Position numbers and translations under genes: made by a program. Under the pieces are notes generated by a model. The model was not told where the DNA came from. It saw nothing but the letters and a program-made list of their open reading frames with translations, and ran no database searches. Below, in pieces: positions 9,693 to 18,903 of a stretch of DNA of 64,000 nt; within the stretch, counting starts at the first letter, position 1, and each line of letters begins with the position of its first letter. Source of the stretch: Alphaproteobacteria bacterium (GTDB lineage: Bacteria; Pseudomonadota; Alphaproteobacteria; CAAHEQ01; UBA3637); assembly GCA_017647405.1 (NCBI GenBank), contig JAGCKR010000060.1, forward strand, positions 12,381 to 76,380, given 5' to 3'.

Positions 9693-10925
9693 TTATTTTG
9701 TTTTTTGTTTTTGCGCTTTTAAATAATCATAAAGAACGCTATTTTGACTGGATGAAATTTTAATTGATTCAATTTGTTGAGGAATGCCTGTTTCATTTGA
9801 ATAATAATCATTTAAATGAGGAACAAGTTTTAAATCATAGGTTAAGTTAGGTAGGATATTTTTTAATTTTTCTTCTTTAATTTCATGATCTTCCTTAATG
9901 TAAGTTATGCGCCAGCAATTAACTTCAAGGTGCATTTCTTCTAATTCAATATAATTTAATTGGTCGTAGCAATAGCGTTGAATGATTTTTTCTCTTAAGT
10001 CATCATTTCCTTCAATAAGGCATTTCATCAAAATACCCATTGTTCTTTCTTGGGCTTTTCCAAGTTTTTCTCTCTCAGAAATACATTTATTGTTTTGAGA
10101 AATATAATGTTTTTGAATTTTAAGAATTTTTTTTATCCAATTCCCCATTGGATTTCTCATCTTAACAAAATAACCGGTAGTATTATCTGTTGCCGAAAGA
10201 ATTAGGTTTAAAGATCTTCCATGCGCTTCTGCCATTAGATGGGAATAGATATCTAATTCTTGAGGTAAAAAAGCGCCATCCATTATTTGTTTGGCATGCA
10301 AAAGCTCATGTGTAATGGCGGTTATATCCAAATAATTTTGGATAGAAATCAGTCCTTTTTTGATGGATTTTTTCCCATGAGAAATGTTTCCCCCCATTAA
10401 CATATCTTGGTTAATTTTAAATTGGCAGGGTAAAAGAGGGCTTTTTAAGTTTTTTGCAACAACGGGATTAAGATGAGCTACCAAGATAAGAGATTGTATT
10501 ATTTCATATTGTTGAAGATAGGGAAGACCGGAAAAATCTATTACTTTAGTTAAGTTTTCAATATCTTTTGGTGTGAGTGAAGAATATATATCATTTTCTT
10601 TTTCATCTTCATCATAAAAATAACGAAGTTCATTTAAAACTTCTTTGGTAAGACTCGATTTTGTTAAAGTGTTATCAACATCTTCTCTTCTGATTTTTAA
10701 AGACTGATAAAATAAAAACAAAAAAGCAGGTAATTGAACCAAATCCGCATATTTAAAAAAAGAATTTTTTTGTTTACTTGTTGGGGAAGGGGAAATAAAA
10801 TTACAATATACATTATTGGCGATATTTAAAGTGAATAAAGAACAAATGCTAAGACAAATATTTGAAATAAGTTTTTGTTTAAAAATATTTTTTTGAATTT
10901 GTTTTTGAAGAAAACTTTGCTGCAT
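9693..10925 (-). CDS. hypothetical protein with HExxH motif (possible zinc metallopeptidase)
   Basis: AITHELLHAKQ followed by AEA about 20 aa downstream; two N-terminal hydrophobic stretches; start set at MQQS. Confidence 0.55.
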   Translation of the reverse strand: MQQSFLQKQIQKNIFKQKLISNICLSICSLFTLNIANNVYCNFISPSPTSKQKNSFFKYADLVQLPAFLFLFYQSLKIRREDVDNTLTKSSLTKEVLNELRYFYDEDEKENDIYSSLTPKDIENLTKVIDFSGLPYLQQYEIIQSLILVAHLNPVVAKNLKSPLLPCQFKINQDMLMGGNISHGKKSIKKGLISIQNYLDITAITHELLHAKQIMDGAFLPQELDIYSHLMAEAHGRSLNLILSATDNTTGYFVKMRNPMGNWIKKILKIQKHYISQNNKCISEREKLGKAQERTMGILMKCLIEGNDDLREKIIQRYCYDQLNYIELEEMHLEVNCWRITYIKEDHEIKEEKLKNILPNLTYDLKLVPHLNDYYSNETGIPQQIESIKISSSQNSVLYDYLKAQKQKTK

Positions 10926-10993
10926 TTCAAGCTCTTTTTTATGAACCAAGTGCAATATTATACTATAAAAAGAGCTATTTTGTCAAGTTTTAT

Positions 10994-11605
10994 TTATTGT
11001 ATTGTTGTTTTGGCAATTAAAATAGTTAAATTGGATATAAATAATTTAACAGCGATGGCAATTAAGATGATGCCGAAGAATTTTTGAAGCATATAAATAA
11101 TATTTTTTCCTAATTTGGCTTCAATTTTTTCAATAGAATTTAACACAAAAAATATCACGCCGATATTTGCTAGCATGGCTAAAAGCATATTAATATCACT
11201 ATATTGTGAGCGAATGGAAAGAATGGTAGTGAGAACGCCGGCACCGGTCAAAAGCGGAAAAACAATAGGAATAAATGTTGCATCTTTCACATTGGAAGGT
11301 CCATTTGATTTAAAAATTTCAACGTCTAAAATCATTTCCATACCAAAAAGAAAAATAATCAAAGAACCTGCAATGGCAAAAGAGGAAATATCTAAGTGAA
11401 AGAGGGAAAGGAAGGCTTCTCCGATATAGAAAAAGCCGAAAAGCATTACCATTGCGCAAATGGTTGCTTTGTTAGGATTAACAATGGCACCTCTTCGTTT
11501 GGTGCTTAAAATGGTTGGGATAGAGCCGATACAGTCAATCGCAGCAAAAATAACCAAAAAAGCACTTAAAAATTGTTGAAAATCAAATAATGAAAAAAAT
11601 GCCAT
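10994..11605 (-). CDS. MarC family membrane protein
   Basis: IDCIGSIP, SSFAIAGSLIIF, PIVFPLLTGAG motifs. Confidence 0.92.
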   Translation of the reverse strand: MAFFSLFDFQQFLSAFLVIFAAIDCIGSIPTILSTKRRGAIVNPNKATICAMVMLFGFFYIGEAFLSLFHLDISSFAIAGSLIIFLFGMEMILDVEIFKSNGPSNVKDATFIPIVFPLLTGAGVLTTILSIRSQYSDINMLLAMLANIGVIFFVLNSIEKIEAKLGKNIIYMLQKFFGIILIAIAVKLFISNLTILIAKTTIQ

Positions 11606-11730
11606 GGATATCTCCTTGATTTGCCTAAAATGGTATGTGAAATTTTTTAAATTGTCAAGAAAAGAAGTTTATTTGCTTTGTTGATTTTTTATCCTTTTTA
11701 TATTATGATGCTCATGAAAAGGAGTTATAA

Positions 11731-13566
11731 ATGATGATGCAAAAAAAGTTTTGGATGATACCTATACTTATTTTGTTTTTAATAGGAATATATGTTAATC
11801 CGCTAAAAGAAAAATCTCTTACAGATAAGCTTTATCCGCAAAGACCAATACATGTATTTTTTGAGGCTATGGCAACGCAACCAGCTTTTAATGGTATGAT
11901 TGAAATGGTTCAGTTGCCGAAAGATGATCCAAAAATTTTTGTGTGGCATCGTTTCCCAAATCGGGCAAAATTAGTGGATTTGAAAGAAATAAATGCAATT
12001 GAGTTAGATATTACTCCCGGTGAAGGGCAACTTTATGAAGCGAAACATAAGTTATTGCAAGCGTTGGAACTATTATTAGAAAAATATCCACAATCGCCCC
12101 TTATTATTTATACGAATATGAATAACTATGTGTATTTGTTTGATGGTCTTTTACAAAATTTTCCGAATAATCGAATTAAACACGTTCACTTATATGAGGA
12201 TGGATTGGGTGAATTATTTTCCAGGGTTTCATATTTTAATTCAATCTCTTTCACAAAACAGGCTATTGCAGATTTAAAAAATTACTATTATGGCAATGAT
12301 GAAAATCGGAAATTGCCGGAATATGCTAGGTATATGATGCATTATATAATGCCTGTAACTTACCATTTTTATGGGTATAGTACAGCAGTGAAAAATAAAC
12401 TCTTATCAGATAATTTTTTAAATTTGATGAAAGAGGCAACTTTTAAAGATATAGATTTTGAAAAAGTTGCTAAAAAATTGTCCTCAGAAGAAAAGAATTT
12501 ATTGTATCGGTTGGTGGATTTTGATTATGAAAAATATAAAAAATTATCTAAAGAAAATAAGATATTTCTTTTTTTTGGAGGATACTATTTGGGAATGGGA
12601 GTTCATTTGTATCATGCCGAGACAAATTATCTTTCTTATTTAACTAAAAAATATCCTGATTATTATTTTTTGTTAAAACCGCATCCATCGTATGAGTCAT
12701 TGAATCGGGATCGCTTTTTGGAACAGGCATTTAAAGGAGTTCCAATTGAAATGGTGAATCCGAAAATACCTTATGAAATTTTTATTATTGCTGGGTTATT
12801 GCCAGATAAAATTTCTGGTCACTGTTCATCTTCTTTTTACACATTGACTGATGAAATATTAGATAGTTATATTCCGTATTCTGTATACGAAAAAGGTGTA
12901 AATCTGATGCAAGGAATTGATTTTTCAAAAGCAGTTGATTTGAGTAAATTTGTTCCGAAGGAACCATATTTTTTTGATGAAAAGATTAAAAAAAATGGCA
13001 AGGCAGAATATTTGTTGATGGATAAGAACGATCATGTTTTTCTTTATAATGAACGGCATTCATTTAAAAAAGAAAATAAAAACGGGAAGGATATTTTTTG
13101 TTTTCAAGAAAATTGTTTTATTCCTTATCAGAAGGATGGTCTAACTCATTGGGGGGTATATGAAGATATTTATATTGAACATCCTGAATGGAAAGATGAG
13201 TTGATTTATCAAAGTGAAAATCGTTATTGCCGAAAAAATAAGAAAGATTGTGGAGTTGTTCAAAAAAGAGGTATTGAATTGGAAATTTGTTGGGAAAAAT
13301 CCTCTTGCGAATTTTTTATAAAGCAAAAAGAGGGGCAATATACTTATCGTAAGGTAAATATCAACAAAACGCTTGAAAAAGAATTTGTTGTGCAACATAA
13401 CCATTGGCAAGATAAATTGATTCTTGATGCGAATGATAGATATTGTCGTGAGCAGGAAAGTGATTGCGGTTTTGTTAAAGAAATGACAAATGGTATAGAA
13501 ATTTGTTGGGAATACTGGCCGTGTGAAACATTCAAAAAAGAAGATTCAGGCATATATAAAAAATAA
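11731..13566 (+). CDS. GT80-like (Pasteurella/Photobacterium-type) sialyltransferase with N-terminal anchor and C-terminal Cys-rich repeats
   Basis: LYEDG (cf. YDDG), LKPHP (cf. KGHP), PYEI...GLLPDKISGHCSSSFY (cf. LPDKVGGVASSLYF). Confidence 0.75.
   Translation: MMMQKKFWMIPILILFLIGIYVNPLKEKSLTDKLYPQRPIHVFFEAMATQPAFNGMIEMVQLPKDDPKIFVWHRFPNRAKLVDLKEINAIELDITPGEGQLYEAKHKLLQALELLLEKYPQSPLIIYTNMNNYVYLFDGLLQNFPNNRIKHVHLYEDGLGELFSRVSYFNSISFTKQAIADLKNYYYGNDENRKLPEYARYMMHYIMPVTYHFYGYSTAVKNKLLSDNFLNLMKEATFKDIDFEKVAKKLSSEEKNLLYRLVDFDYEKYKKLSKENKIFLFFGGYYLGMGVHLYHAETNYLSYLTKKYPDYYFLLKPHPSYESLNRDRFLEQAFKGVPIEMVNPKIPYEIFIIAGLLPDKISGHCSSSFYTLTDEILDSYIPYSVYEKGVNLMQGIDFSKAVDLSKFVPKEPYFFDEKIKKNGKAEYLLMDKNDHVFLYNERHSFKKENKNGKDIFCFQENCFIPYQKDGLTHWGVYEDIYIEHPEWKDELIYQSENRYCRKNKKDCGVVQKRGIELEICWEKSSCEFFIKQKEGQYTYRKVNINKTLEKEFVVQHNHWQDKLILDANDRYCREQESDCGFVKEMTNGIEICWEYWPCETFKKEDSGIYKK
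13168..13563 (+). repeat. two tandem ~60-aa protein repeats H-x2-W-x-D...RYCR-x4-DCG...EICWE-x3-CE-x-F...G-x-Y
   Basis: Visible alignment of HPEWKDEL...GQYTY with HNHWQDKL...GIYKK. Confidence 0.85.
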
Positions 13567-13749
13567 TTTTTAAAATTTTTTTAAGTCGTTTTTCGGGATA
13601 TTTGTAGTTGTTTTACACAAAATAAGTGTATTTTTAGGTATTTTTAAAAATAAAAAGCTTTATTTTTCAATGGGTTAAAGTTTTGATAAATATGATATAA
13701 AAATATTAAAAATCCCTTTTGTTTCAAAGAGTTATTTTAATTTTTAAGG

Positions 13750-13780
13750 TCGGAAATCTAACGGTCGTTAGATTTGCCGA
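13750..13780. repeat. strong inverted repeat in intergenic DNA
   Basis: TCGG-AAATCTAACG-GT-CGTTAGATTT-G-CCGA. Confidence 0.85.
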
Positions 13781-13886
13781 ACTTTTTCCTCTTCCATACT
13801 TTAATTATACCATGGGTTTGAAATTTCGTGTCCAAAAATTTTCAAAAAAAATATATGATTTTTTAATATTTTCTTCTTATATATTT

Positions 13887-13930
13887 ATTTTAAAGGATTA
13901 TTTTTTATATTTTAAAGGATTATTTTTTAT
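13887..13930. repeat. perfect 22-bp tandem duplication
   Basis: ATTTTAAAGGATTATTTTTTAT x2. Confidence 0.9.
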
Positions 13931-14015
13931 AAAAATTTTGCATAAAAATTGAAAAAAAATGGCACTTTTTATGTTTTTATCTTAAAAAAACACCACAAAA
14001 TCTCGGCAAAAAAGA

Positions 14016-14483
14016 ACCGATTTTGATGCGCATGGGAATTCGGTTTCTATTGAAACAGGAAAGCGTTTTCAAAATAAAAAAGGCTTTTATGTTGAACCGC
14101 AAGCTGAAGTGATGTTGGGTCATGTGAACGGGGCTTCATTTACTACTTCAAGAGATGTTGATGTGAAGCAAAAAGGATTTTCATCTCTGATTGCTAGAGC
14201 AGGGGTTGGTGTTGGGTATACATCGCCAGATAAAACAAAAACTATTTATTTAAAAGCCTCTATTTTAAATGATTTTATGGGAAAAACAAAGGCGAGTTAT
14301 TCTTATCGAGGAAGAACGCTTGACTATAAAGAGGATTTAGGAGGAACATGGGGTGAATTTGCCGTTGGTGGCACATATAACCTTTCTGATCAGATTAGTT
14401 TTTATGGTGAAGCAGAAACAAATATTGGAGCACCGATTTAAACCAAATATCAATTTAGTGTTGGTGCAAGGTTTAGTTTCTAA
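14016..14483 (+). pseudogene. 5'-truncated autotransporter beta-barrel remnant with internal stop
   Basis: Frame reads SVSIETGKRF..FYVEPQAE..SLIARAG..GGTWGEF..; TAA at 14439-14441, then in-frame TKYQFSVGARFSF* (beta-signal); no signal peptide or passenger upstream (stop at 13983). Confidence 0.85.
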
Positions 14484-14487
14484 AACA

Positions 14488-14515
14488 AAAAAGGCGGTCA
14501 AATGACCGCCTTTTT
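14488..14515. terminator. bidirectional terminator
   Basis: AAAAAGGCGGTCA-AA-TGACCGCCTTTTT. Confidence 0.8.
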
Positions 14516-14524
14516 AAGATTTTC

Positions 14525-14893
14525 CTATTTTACCAATCGGATTTTGGTGCCATTACTTAAAGTAAATATTAAGTGATTGTCAATTTGTTGAATGTTTTTA
14601 ACATGTAAAAGAATTTGCATCCATTCTTGTTCAGCTTGCATGGCATTTTCTGGTCCCATCATCATGGTTGCTCCCAGTGGATGCAAGGTAACAGAATTTT
14701 CATGCTGTTCATAAGTGCCAAAATAATTGTTTACAACTTTTCCGGAAAAGCGATTAGCATCTGAATCAAATGAAATGGTAATCGGTGTATTATTTAATTG
14801 ATAGTAATAAACCGAACTATCTAAATCATATGGATTTGAAGCACAAGCGGAAAGTGATAAAGCGATTGTTAAAGCTAATAGTGTTTTTTTCAT
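14525..14893 (-). CDS. META/HslJ domain lipoprotein
   Basis: Lipobox LSAC; FSGKVVNNYFGTY, GATMMMG, AMQAEQ motifs. Confidence 0.88.
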   Translation of the reverse strand: MKKTLLALTIALSLSACASNPYDLDSSVYYYQLNNTPITISFDSDANRFSGKVVNNYFGTYEQHENSVTLHPLGATMMMGPENAMQAEQEWMQILLHVKNIQQIDNHLIFTLSNGTKIRLVK

Positions 14894-15002
14894 AATGATT
14901 TCTCCTTTTCTTATTTTTAGGATAACTGAATTTAAATAAAAAAACAAATTTTTCTTGCAAAAAAAATAAAAAAAATGAAAAATGAAAGTCAGGAGAAAAA
15001 AA

Positions 15003-15389
15003 ATGAAATTACTATCAGTTATTTTAATGAGTTTGATGTTGATTTCTTGTGCTGCACCAGTTGTTCAAGATGAAGCTGATTCCAAAAAATATCAGGAAGT
15101 TTTGAATCTTTGGTTAAAAAAAGAAAAAAAAGATTTAATTTCAGTGTGGGGAAATCCCTCATATGATTATCAAAAAGATAAGATTAATTATGTTGTTTAT
15201 ATCAAAAATAAAATGAAAAAAGTGGCTGATGGAAATGTGATTGAACGGATGCCTCGTATGGCGCGGGAGCAATCTATTTTTGATGAAAAAACGGCAACGG
15301 TTTCTAAGGGATGTACAACGATTTTTGTGATTGATGAAGGATATATTCGTCAATGGAAATTTGAAGGAGCCGAGTGTTTGGCTTATTAA
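15003..15389 (+). CDS. hypothetical lipoprotein
   Basis: Lipobox LISC; LISVWGNP motif; Cys pair in C-terminus. Confidence 0.75.
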   Translation: MKLLSVILMSLMLISCAAPVVQDEADSKKYQEVLNLWLKKEKKDLISVWGNPSYDYQKDKINYVVYIKNKMKKVADGNVIERMPRMAREQSIFDEKTATVSKGCTTIFVIDEGYIRQWKFEGAECLAY

Positions 15390-15396
15390 GAATAGC

Positions 15397-15870
15397 ATGG
15401 AGGGCGGAGTGACGGATATTCATCAAACACCATTCATAGGGGTTCATTTAATGTTGATTCAAAATAATCAACTTCTTTTGCAAAAAAGAAAGGGTGGATT
15501 TACTGATGGAATTTATACGCCTGTTTCTGGTCATGTGGATAAAAGGGAAGGTGTTATTGATGCGTTGATTAGGGAAGCCAAAGAAGAAGCCGGTATTTCC
15601 TTAAAAAAAGAAGATTTGAAAATTAGTGTGATTGCGCATTTATTGGATGCTCCTTATAAAGGCGGACGTGCAGATATCATTAATTATTTTGTTTTTACGG
15701 ATAAATACGAAGGTGAGATTGAAAACAAAGAGCCGGATAAAATTAAACGGTTGGAATTTTTTGATATGGAGGCCTTGCCTTCTAAATTAATGAGCCATAT
15801 TTTTGAAGTAATTAAAGCATATAATCGAAAAGAAAATTATATTGTTATTGATTATTTGGATAAAAAATGA
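15397..15870 (+). CDS. NUDIX hydrolase
   Basis: Nudix box GHVDKREGVIDALIREAKEEAG; NKEPDK motif; start may be the GTG at 15409. Confidence 0.92.
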   Translation: MEGGVTDIHQTPFIGVHLMLIQNNQLLLQKRKGGFTDGIYTPVSGHVDKREGVIDALIREAKEEAGISLKKEDLKISVIAHLLDAPYKGGRADIINYFVFTDKYEGEIENKEPDKIKRLEFFDMEALPSKLMSHIFEVIKAYNRKENYIVIDYLDKK

Positions 15871-16379
15871 AAAAAATATATATTATCGGAAATGGTGGGT
15901 CAGGGAAAACAACATTAGCCCATTTTTTATCAAAAGATCTTTTTTTGCCTCATTTAGAATTGGATGATATTTATTGGGATAATGAGCAAAAAAAAGCATA
16001 TAATGTTAAACGAAATGAAGAAGAAAAAGGGACGCTTTTATCTGAGTTTTTAAAGGAAAATCAAAACGGCTGGATTATTGATGGCGTTTATGAAAAAGAA
16101 TGGATTGACCCTATTTTAAAAGAAGTTGATAAAGTAATTATTCTAATGCCGAATTTTTGGCTTTCCGAATGGCGTTGTATTAAACGGAATTTTATCAATT
16201 GGATGAATGGCAAAAGAACAGGTGGATTGATGTCTCTTTATCGTCTTTTAAAGTGGAATAAAAGATACCGTTATCAAAAGTTGCCGATTTTTATTCAAAA
16301 ATTAAAAGATGAAAAAGTTTCATTCCAAATTATTTATAAAGTCGATTTAACTGAAATAAAAAAAGAGTTAAGCCTTTAA
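15867..16379 (+). CDS. P-loop kinase (adenylate-kinase-like / topology modulation protein family)
   Basis: IIGNGGSGKTT, LELDDIYW, WIIDGVY. Confidence 0.85.
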   Translation: MKKIYIIGNGGSGKTTLAHFLSKDLFLPHLELDDIYWDNEQKKAYNVKRNEEEKGTLLSEFLKENQNGWIIDGVYEKEWIDPILKEVDKVIILMPNFWLSEWRCIKRNFINWMNGKRTGGLMSLYRLLKWNKRYRYQKLPIFIQKLKDEKVSFQIIYKVDLTEIKKELSL

Positions 16380-16443
16380 AATTCTTAATTTATTGACAAA
16401 AGGAAGTGTTTTTTTTATAATCTATAAAAAAGGAGCTTTATGT

Positions 16444-17037
16444 ATGCACTATTTGATGGATTTGGATAACACTTTATTGGATACGTATCATATAGATGAA
16501 AATGGGAAGACTCATTTTCATTGGTCAGAAGATTTTGAAAAAGATTTTAATTTGCCTCTTTCGGTTTTAGATGATCTTTTTCAAGGTGCTTTTTTAATTT
16601 CTTTACAGCGGTCCAGAAATTTAACAAGATTTATTGATCCTTTTTTAAAGAAGTATCAAATAAAAATGTCTGCTGATGAGTTTTTGGAATATTGGCTTAG
16701 TAGGGATATGCGAATAAAAGAAGATGTTTGGCAATGGATTTTAAATAAAAAAGAAGAGGGCCATTCTTTTCATATTGCATCAAATCAACCATTTATTCGT
16801 ATGGATTATTTATGGAGTCATTTACCTTCTTGGCATGAGGTGTTTGAATGTGTGTTTACCTCTTCAAATTTAGGGGTTGCCAAGCCAGATGAATCTTTTT
16901 TTATTTATGCTAAAAATATTGTTAAAACACCTTTTCAAAATATGTGTTTAATTGATGATTCGCCAGAAAATATTAAAAGTGCTCAATCTTTGGGAATGGA
17001 AACAATTTTGTTTCAGGGGATTGATTCTTTAAAATAA
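16444..17037 (+). CDS. HAD-superfamily hydrolase
   Basis: MDLDNTL, ASNQ, KPD, IDDSPENI motifs. Confidence 0.9.
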   Translation: MHYLMDLDNTLLDTYHIDENGKTHFHWSEDFEKDFNLPLSVLDDLFQGAFLISLQRSRNLTRFIDPFLKKYQIKMSADEFLEYWLSRDMRIKEDVWQWILNKKEEGHSFHIASNQPFIRMDYLWSHLPSWHEVFECVFTSSNLGVAKPDESFFIYAKNIVKTPFQNMCLIDDSPENIKSAQSLGMETILFQGIDSLK

Positions 17038-17106
17038 TTTTTCATTTTAATTGACTTTTTATTTCCTTTTTGCAACTATGAATAAAAGGCATAAAGGAAA
17101 TCTTAA

Positions 17107-18903
17107 ATGAAAAAAAATCTCTTTTTATTTTGCGCGTTCACGTGTTTATTTTCTTGTTCATTGTTGGCTCAAACAAAAAATGATTTGTCAGATGAACCGT
17201 TTGTAATTTATCGTGTTGATGAACAAAAAGTATCGGCAGAATCTTTGAAAGAAATAACCGATGGAAAATTGGAGGCGTTTCATAATCGTGAAAAGGTGAG
17301 TGCTCTTTTAAAAAATGGTTTTTTAACAGGAGCTTTTTCTTCAACAGGGTTTGATGGAACTTTTTCTGGCGAAAATTCTTTTTCCGTTCAAGACAGAAGC
17401 GGAAACTTTGCCAGAGGAGAAGTGATTTGTTCAGGGATGGATACATTTAAATCTTTTGTGGGATATTTGGTTTCTCCAACAGATAATATGCGGGAGGATC
17501 TTTATAAATGTCTTTCATTTTCAAAAGCATCTTATTTGAGTGCTGATGGTCCTTATTTTTTGGAAGGGGGGGTATCTTTTCCAATTGTGACTCAACCAAC
17601 AACTATTTCATTTATGCCACAAAAAGGGGTAATGCCTGTTGTGTATGATATGCCGGAAGTTAAAAATATTCAGTTTGGATTAAATGAAGATGTTCATAAA
17701 ATTGATGTGATGTATCATTTTCAAGATGATAAAAAAGTAACTTTTTCATATGATTTTACGGAAAGTTATTTGCCGAAATTATTGGGTTCACCATTTCATT
17801 TTTTAAAAGAAGCTATATGGAATGCAAAAGGGGAAGAATTTGTTTTGAAAAGCTTTTCTTTACCCTCATTGATTAAAGGTAATGGTCTTTCATTTAAGGG
17901 GGAACTTCATTCACAAAAAGGATTTATTGGGTCATCACAGTTAGCTGTTTTTTCAGGGGAAGAAAAAAAAGTTGCCGAGATTTCTTATCTGAATAATTCA
18001 TTATTTATTGATTTAAAATATCCGGGTTTATTAACGCCTTTTATAGAGGGTGAATTTAAAAATATGAATTCTTCAAAAATGTTTTCAAGCATGAGTGATT
18101 TTATTTCTAATTTATTGAAAAATCCCAACAGATTGTTGACCCAAAGTGAAAAAGCCTCTTTACTATCTGGTTTAGAGGTGAAGGGATTAACTGTTTATGA
18201 TGATAAACATGAAAAAAAAGCTCTTTTTAATTTAAAATTTGAAGAAGAGATAACTCCTTCAATGATAAAGAAAGCCTTGAAAGATCCTAAATTAATGGAT
18301 TTGTGGGTATTTGGAGAGGTGATTCTTTTTGTTTCTCCGCATAAAGAAATGAAAATTTCTTTTAACAAAAGTGATGAAGTTCGTGTGAACGGGAATGGGA
18401 ATAATGGGAAAAAAGAGGCTGATTTGTATGGGATTTTAAAATATCTTCAACAGCAGATGAAACCATCTATTAAAAGATATGTAAATGAAATGCAAGCCGT
18501 GTTTGATCAGATTTATATACTTGGACCGGTTGTAAAAAAATTCAGATCAAAATTGCAAGTTAAAAATATTATGAATGCGGCTCGTAAAGTGGCATCTAAA
18601 AATTATAATTATTGCATTTCGGAGTTGGAAAAAGAGCGTATTGATTTTATGTATGATTGTAAAGGCATCCAACCTTCCTTGCTTAAAGGAGTTGAAATGC
18701 CAGATGATGTTGATATTTCACTTCCGGACGAAACGTTATATCCGCTTATTTTGAATGATAAAAAAACAGGCAGAGATTTGGTTTATTTAACATTTAAGTT
18801 TAAAGATAAAGAATCTTGTGAATATTTTGCCAAAGAAAAAACAGGTTCTTGTTTAAATAATGAAATCACAACGGGAGTTTTGCCTGAAATGAGTTCTTAT
18901 TAA
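17107..18903 (+). CDS. hypothetical exported protein
   Basis: 598-aa ORF with N-terminal signal peptide; no recognised domain. Confidence 0.7.
   Translation: MKKNLFLFCAFTCLFSCSLLAQTKNDLSDEPFVIYRVDEQKVSAESLKEITDGKLEAFHNREKVSALLKNGFLTGAFSSTGFDGTFSGENSFSVQDRSGNFARGEVICSGMDTFKSFVGYLVSPTDNMREDLYKCLSFSKASYLSADGPYFLEGGVSFPIVTQPTTISFMPQKGVMPVVYDMPEVKNIQFGLNEDVHKIDVMYHFQDDKKVTFSYDFTESYLPKLLGSPFHFLKEAIWNAKGEEFVLKSFSLPSLIKGNGLSFKGELHSQKGFIGSSQLAVFSGEEKKVAEISYLNNSLFIDLKYPGLLTPFIEGEFKNMNSSKMFSSMSDFISNLLKNPNRLLTQSEKASLLSGLEVKGLTVYDDKHEKKALFNLKFEEEITPSMIKKALKDPKLMDLWVFGEVILFVSPHKEMKISFNKSDEVRVNGNGNNGKKEADLYGILKYLQQQMKPSIKRYVNEMQAVFDQIYILGPVVKKFRSKLQVKNIMNAARKVASKNYNYCISELEKERIDFMYDCKGIQPSLLKGVEMPDDVDISLPDETLYPLILNDKKTGRDLVYLTFKFKDKESCEYFAKEKTGSCLNNEITTGVLPEMSSY

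Noticed and set aside
13750-13780. Hairpin superficially like a Cas12a CRISPR repeat
   Set aside because: Single copy, no spacers, no cas genes; sequence differs from AATTTCTAC-N4-GTAGAT
13719-13952. 77-aa F/K/I-rich ORF in the intergenic region
   Set aside because: TTG start, no RBS, composition reflects AT-rich non-coding DNA
18520-18903. Pilin-like appearance of the C-terminus of 17107..18903
   Set aside because: Resemblance too weak; no prepilin cleavage motif or hydrophobic helix
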